Below are positions 1-7,251 of a stretch of DNA of 16,660 nt, piece after piece (position 1 is the stretch's first letter; each line of letters begins with the position of its first letter). The notes beneath the pieces are model-generated. The model was given only the letters and a program-made list of their open reading frames with translations, ran no database searches and was not told the DNA's origin. The translations under genes and the position numbers were made by a program. The stretch is from the NCBI GenBank assembly GCA_044358425.1, contig CP054849.1, positions 1,340,848 to 1,357,507 on the forward strand, read 5' to 3'. Origin of the DNA: Marine Group I thaumarchaeote. Lineage in GTDB: Archaea; Thermoproteota; Nitrososphaeria; Nitrososphaerales; Nitrosopumilaceae.

Positions 1-51
1 CATTCCACCTAAAATCAAAACAGATGCAATTATGCCTAATTTAATCAACAT
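1..51 (-). CDS. 5' end of a hypothetical membrane or secreted protein (partial, runs off the window)
   Basis: The reverse strand from ATG at 51 reads MLIKLGIIASVLILGGM..., a Lys followed by a hydrophobic stretch typical of a signal peptide or TM anchor. A TTTAAA box at 77-82 lies about 26-31 nt upstream. Not in the ORF track. Confidence 0.6.
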   Translation of the reverse strand, partial: MLIKLGIIASVLILGGM

Positions 52-135
52 TTCATTATAATCCTAAAAAATTCATTTTAAATTCAAACTAAAAAAAATA
101 ATCAAAAATGGGTTGATTTTCTTAACTAATTCCAT

Positions 136-531
136 TTAATCAAATACAATCCAATCAATAATTCTATCAATATTTGAAGATGTCAAAGTGACTTTAATTG
201 GTCCCAATGGTGATTCATCAAATTCCTCACAAAGTGCAATTTGCTCAACAAATGCAGCCTGCTTATTAAGATAAAACCATGTAGTATCATTTTTTAAATT
301 ATCCTCTAAAGAACGTAAGAAATTTTTTTGTAATTTATTATTATGAATAAATTGATAAATTTTTTCAAATGATCTTAATTCTTTTGAAATTGCATTAATT
401 GAAAAATTATCATTATTTATGATTGAGTAGGGAAAAATATTTGAAATTGTTTGTTCAACTTTATCTATAGATTCTGATGGATTTATTATACAAAACATTT
501 CTATTTTGCAATTAAGGTTAGGAGTATTCAT
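136..531 (-). CDS. UPF0201 family putative RNA-binding protein (ribosomal L5-like fold)
   Basis: 131 aa with the motifs INPSE..KV...I.N.FP and F.LNKQAAFV..I......ESPLGPI.V typical of archaeal UPF0201. It overlaps the upstream UPF0200 kinase by 4 nt (ATGA). Confidence 0.85.
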   Translation of the reverse strand: MNTPNLNCKIEMFCIINPSESIDKVEQTISNIFPYSIINNDNFSINAISKELRSFEKIYQFIHNNKLQKNFLRSLEDNLKNDTTWFYLNKQAAFVEQIALCEEFDESPLGPIKVTLTSSNIDRIIDWIVFD

Positions 532-1076
532 TCAACCCATCTTTGAATTATATCATAAGATTTTTTTATCAATTCATCTTTAGTCAAACCAATATTTGAT
601 ATTGCAAAATCTGATAATGCAATAGAATTACTAACGCCAACACCTAATTCTCGATTATCTCTTTCATTGAAATGCTCTTTAGTTTGTGGATCATCAGAAC
701 GTCCTCTTTTTTGTAAGAAATTATATCGAGTATCAGTTGAAGCATGAATTGCAAGTAATTTTACAATTCCTAATTTTCTTAGTACTTTTATTTCATCATT
801 AGATCTTACTCCATCTATCAACAAAACATTTGCATTAGAAGATTCTATAGTTGGCTTAACAAGCTCAGCTATTGCACCAGCTCCATTATTTTCTCTTAAT
901 TCTAACATTAATTTTCCAAGATTCTCTCTAGTTGGATCTAAATTTCTTTTTTTTGCCTCTTCCCTTACAGCATTTCCTAAATTAATTATTTCATAACCTT
1001 TAGGTTTCAATCCTTCAGCAATTGTAGATTTTCCAGCCCCAGGCATGCCTGTTAAACATACAAGTAATTTTGTCAA
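528..1076 (-). CDS. UPF0200 family P-loop nucleotide kinase (often annotated dephospho-CoA kinase-like/AAA ATPase)
   Basis: Walker A GMPGAGKST, Walker B-like LLIDGVRS, lid-like R..RGRSDD and RD.RE..GV motifs. TTG start. Confidence 0.85.
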   Translation of the reverse strand: MTKLLVCLTGMPGAGKSTIAEGLKPKGYEIINLGNAVREEAKKRNLDPTRENLGKLMLELRENNGAGAIAELVKPTIESSNANVLLIDGVRSNDEIKVLRKLGIVKLLAIHASTDTRYNFLQKRGRSDDPQTKEHFNERDNRELGVGVSNSIALSDFAISNIGLTKDELIKKSYDIIQRWVE

Positions 1077-1111
1077 TACATATCAAAAAAAATACTCGTC
1101 TATGAAGTTAA

Positions 1112-1127
1112 CGGAAATTATTATAAA
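1112..1127 (+). promoter_or_regulatory. Archaeal BRE/TATA promoter of thpR-cca-kinase
   Basis: CGGAAA (BRE-like) followed by TTATAAA at 1121-1127, 22-28 nt upstream of ATG 1149, consistent with a leaderless transcript. Confidence 0.6.
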
Positions 1128-1148
1128 CATAATGAGAAAAATCCTATA

Positions 1149-1682
1149 ATGCGTGTTTTTGTATCTATAGATATATCAAATAATGAAATAATTAATTCAA
1201 TTAAAAATTTTCAAGATTCAATCAAAGTTGATGCAAAAGCAATAGAATCAAAAAATTTTCATTTTACATTACAATTTTTGGGTGAAATTTCAGAAAAAAA
1301 AGTTCAGGTAATAATAGATGAATTTAAGAAAATAGAATTTTCAAAATTTAAAATTTATTTAAAAGGAATTGGAGTTTTTCCAAATAGTAAATCTCCAAAA
1401 ATAATTTGGATAGGAACAGATGAAAAAAGTTCAGCTAAAATGATTGATTTATCCAAAAAAATACAAAAATCTTTAGGATCATTAGGATTTACACCAGATA
1501 AATCGTTCAAACCTCATATCACAGTATTTAGAATTAAAAAGAAGATTGGAGATATAAGTAAAGAGATGGAAATTCATGAAAAAATTAATTTTGGAATACA
1601 AGAAGTATCTAGCTTCAAATTAAAAAAAAGTGAATTAACTCCAAACGGTCCAATTTATTCAGATTTAATGGAGTTCAACTAA
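1149..1682 (+). CDS. thpR: RNA 2',3'-cyclic phosphodiesterase (2H phosphoesterase, LigT/2'-5' RNA ligase family)
   Basis: MRVFVSID N-terminus, two HxT motifs (HFTLQFLGE, FKPHITVFR), GVFP...P.IIWIG and C-terminal SELTPNGPIY. Confidence 0.92.
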   Translation: MRVFVSIDISNNEIINSIKNFQDSIKVDAKAIESKNFHFTLQFLGEISEKKVQVIIDEFKKIEFSKFKIYLKGIGVFPNSKSPKIIWIGTDEKSSAKMIDLSKKIQKSLGSLGFTPDKSFKPHITVFRIKKKIGDISKEMEIHEKINFGIQEVSSFKLKKSELTPNGPIYSDLMEFN

Positions 1683-1685
1683 ATT

Positions 1686-3017
1686 ATGAAACAAATTATT
1701 TCTAAAATTTCTAAAGATTCTATACCATCAGATAGTATTCAAAAATCAAAAAAAGAAATTGCAGATTCAATTTATCAATTGGTTGAAAAAGAAATTAAAA
1801 AGTATTCAGAAGTAATAGAATTAGAATTTGGGGGATCCTATGCTAAAGGAACTTGGTTATCAAAAAATGCAGATATTGATATTTTTATTAAATTTAAAAA
1901 AAGTATTTCAGAAGAAAAATTAGAAAGTATTTCAAAAAAAATAGGATTTACATCATTGAAAAAATATTCTCCATATGTAAGATATTCTCAACATCCTTTT
2001 GTTGAGGCTAAAATCAAAGATACAAAAATCAACATAGTACCTTGCTATGATGTAAAAATTGGCGAATGGAAAAGTGCAGCAGATAGATCACCTTATCATA
2101 CAAAATTTATGAAAAAATCATTAACATCAAAAATGAAAAATGAAGTTAGAATTTTAAAAACTTTTTTACAATCTAATGGTATTTACGGTGCAGAAATAGC
2201 AAAACAAGGTTTCAGCGGATATATTTCAGAAGTTTTAATTTTAAAATATGGAAGTTTTGAAAAATTAGTTAAATCAATATCAAAAATTAAAGAAAACCAA
2301 GTAATAGGTAAAACATCAAGTCATTTTGATACGACAATTGTAGTCATAGATCCAATTGATGATAAAAGGAATTTAGCAGCTGCGATTTCAAATGAAAATA
2401 TTGTAAAATTTATTCTTATTTGTAGATCGTTAGAAGCAAAACCAAGTCTAAAATTTTTTAAAACAAAAATATTAAAAAAATCCAATAAATTTTGGAAAAA
2501 TTTGTTAATTGTAAAATTTGAATTTAAGACAAGGAGTCCAGATATTATTTGGGGCCAAATTAAAAGAGCTACAGCATCACTTACAAAACAATTAGAATTA
2601 GAAGGATATACTGTATTAAGGAGTAAATCGCATACAGATGAACAAAAAGAAGCATACCTAATGTTCTTTTTAGAATCTACTCAAATAACTGAAATATATC
2701 AAAAGAAAGGTCCAGAAATTTTTAGAGATGATAGCACAAAAAGCTTTATCGGAAAAAATCTGAAAAATACTGAATTAATGTGGATTGGTAATGATCTGAA
2801 AATAATTGCATTAGAAAAGAGAAAACATACTGAAGCCGTTTCATTTATGAATGAATTTTTGAAAAAAAATCTCAATGTAGGCATACCAAAAGGCCTTCAA
2901 GGAGATTTTAAGCAAGGTTTCAAAGTTTTTGTTGGAAACAAAAATCTAAGGAAATCAATTAAAGAGGAAGCCAATGAATTAATTTCAGTAGATGGCACAC
3001 TCCTTCATTTCAATTAA
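1686..3017 (+). CDS. cca: CCA-adding tRNA nucleotidyltransferase (archaeal class I)
   Basis: Nucleotidyltransferase signature GGSYAKGTWL...DIDIF, plus YSQHPFV, IVPCY, SAADRSPYHT, GIYGAEIAKQGFSGY and IDPID..RNLAAA. 443 aa. Confidence 0.96.
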   Translation: MKQIISKISKDSIPSDSIQKSKKEIADSIYQLVEKEIKKYSEVIELEFGGSYAKGTWLSKNADIDIFIKFKKSISEEKLESISKKIGFTSLKKYSPYVRYSQHPFVEAKIKDTKINIVPCYDVKIGEWKSAADRSPYHTKFMKKSLTSKMKNEVRILKTFLQSNGIYGAEIAKQGFSGYISEVLILKYGSFEKLVKSISKIKENQVIGKTSSHFDTTIVVIDPIDDKRNLAAAISNENIVKFILICRSLEAKPSLKFFKTKILKKSNKFWKNLLIVKFEFKTRSPDIIWGQIKRATASLTKQLELEGYTVLRSKSHTDEQKEAYLMFFLESTQITEIYQKKGPEIFRDDSTKSFIGKNLKNTELMWIGNDLKIIALEKRKHTEAVSFMNEFLKKNLNVGIPKGLQGDFKQGFKVFVGNKNLRKSIKEEANELISVDGTLLHFN

Positions 3018-3753
3018 AAAATTTTCAGAAGAACCTTATTCAAAAATTCTAGGATATCCTAGCGCAACTAATCGTCAAATTAAAGCAAGAATTAAAGAAT
3101 TAGAAAAATTGAAAATTAAATCAATATGTTTAACAGGTCCAACTTTAATTGGAAGTTTAGAAATTTTAGGCAAAGGTTACGTTGGTGTTGTTGTACTTGT
3201 TAAAAGAGGAAATAAAGAAGTTGCATTAAAAATTAGAAGAACAGATTCTCAAAGACAAAATATGAAAAATGAATCAATTTTATTAAAATTAGTTAATTCA
3301 GTTAATGTAGGTCCCAAAATAATTGATGTTAGTAAAAATTTTTTAGTTATGGAATATGTTGAAGGAGATAAATTTAGTGATTGGATTGAAATGTTAAAAG
3401 GAGCAGGCAGTGTTAAAAAATTAAAAACTACAATAAAAAATATTTTAGAAGATTGTTTTAGACTAGATCAAATTCAATTTGATCATGGAGAATTGAGCAA
3501 TATTTCAAAACATGTGATTGTTGGAAAAAATAAAGCAACTTTGATTGATTTTGAAAGCTCTAGTACAAAAAGAAGACCTTCTAATGTTACATCAATTACT
3601 CAAGCATTTTTCATTGGTTCAGGTATCGCAAAGCAAACCCAGAAAATTTACAAAAATTCCTCTAAAGAAAAAATTATTCTTGCGTTAAAAAATTATAAAC
3701 AAGAAAAAACACGAGCAAACTTTGAAACCTTGCTTAAAATTTTAAAATTATAA
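2992..3753 (+). CDS. Atypical RIO-like Ser/Thr protein kinase (archaeal COG2112-like)
   Basis: Gly-rich loop LGKGYVGVV, VALKIRR lysine, alphaC Glu (MKNE), hinge LVMEYVEG, catalytic loop HGELS and metal-binding IDFE. Overlaps cca by 26 nt. Confidence 0.85.
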   Translation: MAHSFISIKKFSEEPYSKILGYPSATNRQIKARIKELEKLKIKSICLTGPTLIGSLEILGKGYVGVVVLVKRGNKEVALKIRRTDSQRQNMKNESILLKLVNSVNVGPKIIDVSKNFLVMEYVEGDKFSDWIEMLKGAGSVKKLKTTIKNILEDCFRLDQIQFDHGELSNISKHVIVGKNKATLIDFESSSTKRRPSNVTSITQAFFIGSGIAKQTQKIYKNSSKEKIILALKNYKQEKTRANFETLLKILKL

Positions 3754-3827
3754 TGGGATCAGCAGGATTTGAACCTGCGACCACTAGCCCCCCAGGCTAG
3801 TATCATACCAAGCTAGACTACGATCCC
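3754..3827 (-). tRNA. tRNA-Pro (anticodon GGG), intronless, CCA not encoded
   Basis: The reverse complement GGGATCG-TA-GTCTAGCTTGGTATGAT-A-CTAGC-CTGGGGG-GCTAG-TGGTC-GCAGG-TTCAAAT-CCTGC-TGATCCC-A folds into a 74-nt cloverleaf with anticodon GGG and discriminator A. Confidence 0.97.
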
Positions 3828-3851
3828 TAAATTCACAGGCACAAAATGAAA

Positions 3852-3859
3852 TTATTAAA
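3852..3859. promoter_or_regulatory. TATA-like box between divergent tRNA-Pro and small ORF
   Basis: TTATTAAA (+) / TTTAATAA (-), 25 nt from the tRNA 5' end (3827) and 25 nt from the GTG at 3884. Confidence 0.5.
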
Positions 3860-3883
3860 TCGTCCTATCTAGAATTAACAGTA

Positions 3884-4087
3884 GTGAAAATTTGTAATAT
3901 TTGTCATAAAATTTCAGCTACAGATAAAGATCATACAGATTGTGTTCAAAAAAGAAGTATCGAGATAGAAGATCAGAATTTTAAAAACAGTATAGCTGAA
4001 AAATTGAATCTATCAAAAAATGATCAAGATTTAGGTATTGAAGTTAAAGCAATTCTTGAACACCTAACTAAAGAAAAAGATGATTAA
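3884..4087 (+). CDS. Small hypothetical protein with a possible Zn-binding N-terminus
   Basis: 67 aa, GTG start, C-x2-C ... H-x2-C (CNICHK...DHTDC) followed by a charged helical tail. It fills the gap between the tRNA and the convergent flavoprotein exactly. Confidence 0.7.
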   Translation: MKICNICHKISATDKDHTDCVQKRSIEIEDQNFKNSIAEKLNLSKNDQDLGIEVKAILEHLTKEKDD

Positions 4088-4088
4088 T

Positions 4089-5237
4089 TCATAACCACTT
4101 TGACAATCTTTCTTTTTCAAAATTTATTTTTTTAGAAAGATTTTCAGATGTTGATTCTGTTAATTTTGTTGATGGTTTTTGATTTGTAAACATATCAACT
4201 TCAATTATTGATGCAGTCTCTCTACCAGATTCTAAAAAGCATCCTCCTTTACCATCAAATAAAAGTGATTTTTCATTTAACTCAATTTTTGAAATAATAC
4301 TTTTTGCTACTGTAATTCCTTCACCTTCTGCAAAAATTCCAGCTTTAGGAACTGAAATTAAATCAGTAACTGCCAAACTTGTAACATCACCAATAGCAAA
4401 AATATTTTCAAATTGTGTTTTACAATCTCTATTAATTGGAATAAAACCAGGTTCTGATGCCAAATTTGAATTATAAATTACTGATGGTGCAATATGTGGA
4501 GGTATTGCTAATAGAATATCAAAATCATATTCATTATTTTCAAAAATTAGTTTTTTTGGCTTTACTTCTTTAATTTTTTCTGAATTGTGGAAAGTAATTT
4601 TTTCTGAATTTATTAAATCAAGAATTTGTTTACTAACTTCTGGTCCAGCTGCTGGTAGTGTTATTGGTGCAGGACTAAAAAAATCAATTTGAACAGAATT
4701 TCTTATTCCTCTCTTTCTAAGCATGGAATCTACCAGTAAACTAGCCTCAAAAGGTGCAGGAGGACATTTGTAAGGCATTCCCATTATGACGATAGCAATT
4801 TTTCCTGATTGTATTTTATTTAATTGATCATTAATTTGATTTAATTGATTATGATCATACAAATTAAATCCATTATCTTCTAAACCAGGAATTTTTTCTG
4901 GTGCTAAAACTGCCCCCATTGATATAATTAGAAAATCAAATGAAATATTTTCAGATTTTGTTTTTACAAAATTATTTTTTGTATTAATTTCAATAATTTC
5001 ATCTTTAATAAAATTAATTTGTTTTTTTGGTAATTCATTTAATGAACCAATAGAATTTTCAAAAGTTCTGCTTCCATTCATGATCCATAATTTTGCATAA
5101 CCAACCATAAACCAGTCTTTTTTATCTATAATCGTAATATTCACTTTTGATGAATCTAATGAATTTCTTATTTCATTAGCAGAAGAAAGACCTCCAAACC
5201 CTCCGCCTAAAATTACTACGTGAGGGATTTTTGACAA
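4089..5237 (-). CDS. FAD-dependent oxidoreductase, sulfide:quinone oxidoreductase/flavocytochrome c sulfide dehydrogenase-like
   Basis: GGGFGG FAD motif, DFLIISMGA, YKCPPAPFE active-site Cys, IFAIGD, PKAGIFAE.EG and FDGKGGCFLESG (second Cys). TTG start immediately after the SDR stop codon. Confidence 0.8.
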   Translation of the reverse strand: MSKIPHVVILGGGFGGLSSANEIRNSLDSSKVNITIIDKKDWFMVGYAKLWIMNGSRTFENSIGSLNELPKKQINFIKDEIIEINTKNNFVKTKSENISFDFLIISMGAVLAPEKIPGLEDNGFNLYDHNQLNQINDQLNKIQSGKIAIVIMGMPYKCPPAPFEASLLVDSMLRKRGIRNSVQIDFFSPAPITLPAAGPEVSKQILDLINSEKITFHNSEKIKEVKPKKLIFENNEYDFDILLAIPPHIAPSVIYNSNLASEPGFIPINRDCKTQFENIFAIGDVTSLAVTDLISVPKAGIFAEGEGITVAKSIISKIELNEKSLLFDGKGGCFLESGRETASIIEVDMFTNQKPSTKLTESTSENLSKKINFEKERLSKWL

Positions 5238-5978
5238 TTATTTTTCTTGGGTTGTGGGTCTAATCAAAACTTCGTTGACATTAACATGTGATGGAGAATC
5301 TACAGCATACAAAATTGCATTTGCAATATCTTGTGCTTGTAAAGTTTCCATTTTTTTTCCATTTTCTACAAATTGTTGAAGAGATTCATCTGTTATTGTA
5401 TCAGTTAATTCAGTTGCTACTATTCCAGGTTCAATACTTGTAACTCTAATGTTAGAACGAACACTAAATTCTTGTCTTAATCCTTCAGTAAATGCTGCAA
5501 CAGCAAATTTTGTTGCACAGTAAACACTTCCAGCTGGAAATACAACTCTGCCGGCAACAGATGAAAGATTAACTATATGACCAGATTTTTTTTCTTTCAT
5601 ATGAGAAATTACTGAGCCTGTACAATACAACACACCTTTGATATTCACATCAACCATTCTATCCCATTCATCAACTTTGAGATTTTTGAAAAAACTTAAT
5701 GGCATCAAACCGGCATTATTTACCAAAATATCAATTGAACCCCATTTATCCAAAACAGCTTTAGCAAAATTATCACATTCCTCACGTTTTGTTACATCTA
5801 ATTTTTGAAAGTGAACTTCTCCACCTTCAGCAATAATTTTTTTAGATAATTCTTCTAATCTATCAACTCTTCTAGCACCAATTGCAACTTTAACACCTGC
5901 TTTTGCAAGTGTCAATGCAGTTGCTTCACCAATTCCACTACTTGCTCCAGTAATAATTGCAACTTTTCCATTAATCAT
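5238..5978 (-). CDS. Classical short-chain dehydrogenase/reductase (NADP-preferring, YdfG/clavaldehyde dehydrogenase-like)
   Basis: TGASSGIG, GARR (basic residues indicating NADP), NNAG, catalytic Ser (LSSVAG), YCATK and C-terminal P.HVNVNEVLIRPT.Q. Confidence 0.92.
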   Translation of the reverse strand: MINGKVAIITGASSGIGEATALTLAKAGVKVAIGARRVDRLEELSKKIIAEGGEVHFQKLDVTKREECDNFAKAVLDKWGSIDILVNNAGLMPLSFFKNLKVDEWDRMVDVNIKGVLYCTGSVISHMKEKKSGHIVNLSSVAGRVVFPAGSVYCATKFAVAAFTEGLRQEFSVRSNIRVTSIEPGIVATELTDTITDESLQQFVENGKKMETLQAQDIANAILYAVDSPSHVNVNEVLIRPTTQEK

Positions 5979-6100
5979 TTGTAATCAATAGATTTTTTTT
6001 TATCAATACTAAAAATGTTTAGAAAATTTGTTGTTAATCTTTTAAAATAAGCTGAAAAAATTCTCATAAGTTTTTTAAAAGAAAAAGTTCACAGTAAATT

Positions 6101-6319
6101 ATGATATCTGAAAATTGTGCATATTGTGGGGATATGACAGATATGCCATTTCATTGTAGTTATTGTAAAGATCCATTTTGTTCTGAACATAGACTTCCAG
6201 AAGAACATAGATGTGTTAAATTAAGACAAATACGTTCAGAAAGATTTGGACAAAGAAAAGTAATTCGAGATGGAAATAAAGGAAAAGGAAGTATTTTCAA
6301 AAGGTTTTTTGGGAAATAA
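6101..6319 (+). CDS. AN1-type zinc finger protein
   Basis: C-x2-C ... PFHC-x2-C-x4-C-x2-HRLPEEH-x-C, the AN1 pattern. TTTTAAAA box at about 6073-6080 upstream of the ATG. Confidence 0.88.
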   Translation: MISENCAYCGDMTDMPFHCSYCKDPFCSEHRLPEEHRCVKLRQIRSERFGQRKVIRDGNKGKGSIFKRFFGK

Positions 6320-6324
6320 TTGAA

Positions 6325-6609
6325 TTAGTAAGGACTTTTTTCAGGAGAAATTTTTGCCCGTCTACCTTGATAAACTAAAGCAATTGCTAAAGCAAACATA
6401 ACCATTGCAGTTAATGGAAAATTTTGTGGTGCTGGTAAGATAAACCAATAGTAAATACCAAAGCCAGTAGATACAATTGCTTGAGTCCAGAGTTTAATCC
6501 ATTTAGGAATTTTGAATAATCTACTAATTATTTCAACAATAAAAATTCCAATTACTGGATATATTGTATAAAATAGAAAATCAATTACATCTACACCAGT
6601 ATGGGACAT
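6325..6609 (-). CDS. Hypothetical membrane protein (about 3 TM helices)
   Basis: 94 aa with three hydrophobic segments and a basic C-terminus. ATG start. Confidence 0.8.
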   Translation of the reverse strand: MSHTGVDVIDFLFYTIYPVIGIFIVEIISRLFKIPKWIKLWTQAIVSTGFGIYYWFILPAPQNFPLTAMVMFALAIALVYQGRRAKISPEKSPY

Positions 6610-6640
6610 ACCCTATCTAAATAATAGGTATAATTTTTAC

Positions 6641-7198
6641 CTAATCTTCCCATCTTACTTTAGTTGCAATATTTTTAGCAATTAAAGCCTGAGCGTTCTC
6701 ATATGGAATTGTAGCAATATCCTCAACTTTGAATGGACCATATTTTTCAAGATCTGCACCAACAATTTCATCAACATTTTCAAGAAATCTAACAACAATT
6801 TTTTTAATTTTATGATTTTCAGCCAAAGATTCAAGAAATTTAGATTTTCCATTAATTGTTGCAGAAAGAATCATTTCTGTTCTTTCATTTTGTTCATCTT
6901 GAGAATCTATAATGAATTTTTCTTCATCTAATAGATAACCAACATCATAGTCATTAGAGCTAGAAATTTTTTCTAGTCTAATGTGTATAAGTAATGATGT
7001 TAATTCTGTAGCCATTTCAATCATTGTTTCTTTAATTTTATTTTCTACACCTTCAAATTCTTGTTTTCTTAAGTTTCCAATAAAATCTGATAAGTTTCTA
7101 TAGAAATTAGGTTTAATTTCTAATAAAGAATCATTTTCAGTTTCTCGTAAAACGGTATTATGTAATGAATTAATATCAATATGATTTGATTCGGACAT
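6641..7198 (-). CDS. DNA replication GINS complex subunit, Gins51 (Gins15) type
   Basis: Helical A domain (E....L..I..NFY ... RLEKI ... L..EEK) followed by a C-terminal B domain VVRFL..V.EIVGADL..YGPF..EDIATIPYENA..LI. Confidence 0.88.
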   Translation of the reverse strand: MSESNHIDINSLHNTVLRETENDSLLEIKPNFYRNLSDFIGNLRKQEFEGVENKIKETMIEMATELTSLLIHIRLEKISSSNDYDVGYLLDEEKFIIDSQDEQNERTEMILSATINGKSKFLESLAENHKIKKIVVRFLENVDEIVGADLEKYGPFKVEDIATIPYENAQALIAKNIATKVRWED

Positions 7199-7251
7199 TT
7201 CTACCTAATCCTTAAATGCTGGTTGTATTTGTGTTTGATTGAAGTATAAAA

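Noticed and set aside
2699-2884. 61-aa antisense ORF within cca
   Set aside because: Lies entirely opposite a well-supported gene and has no motifs; a shadow ORF.
3754-3827. Intron or split in tRNA-Pro
   Set aside because: The 74-nt cloverleaf is complete and contiguous, with no extra sequence for a bulge-helix-bulge intron.
3754-6100. Possible genomic island integrated at tRNA-Pro (small ORF, SQR-like, SDR)
   Set aside because: These genes lie on the tRNA's 5' side, while its 3' end abuts a core gene. I found no integrase, no duplicated tRNA 3' fragment and no obvious compositional shift.
5979-6100. Longest intergenic spacer (122 bp) as a possible ncRNA or replication origin
   Set aside because: Extremely AT-rich, with no GC stem, no ORB-like G-string motif and no adjacent cdc6/orc1. 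Divergent promoters explain it adequately.
6612-6628. CCTAT-N7-ATAGG inverted repeat between gins51 and the membrane protein gene
   Set aside because: Only 5-bp arms, which is expected by chance in AT-rich DNA.
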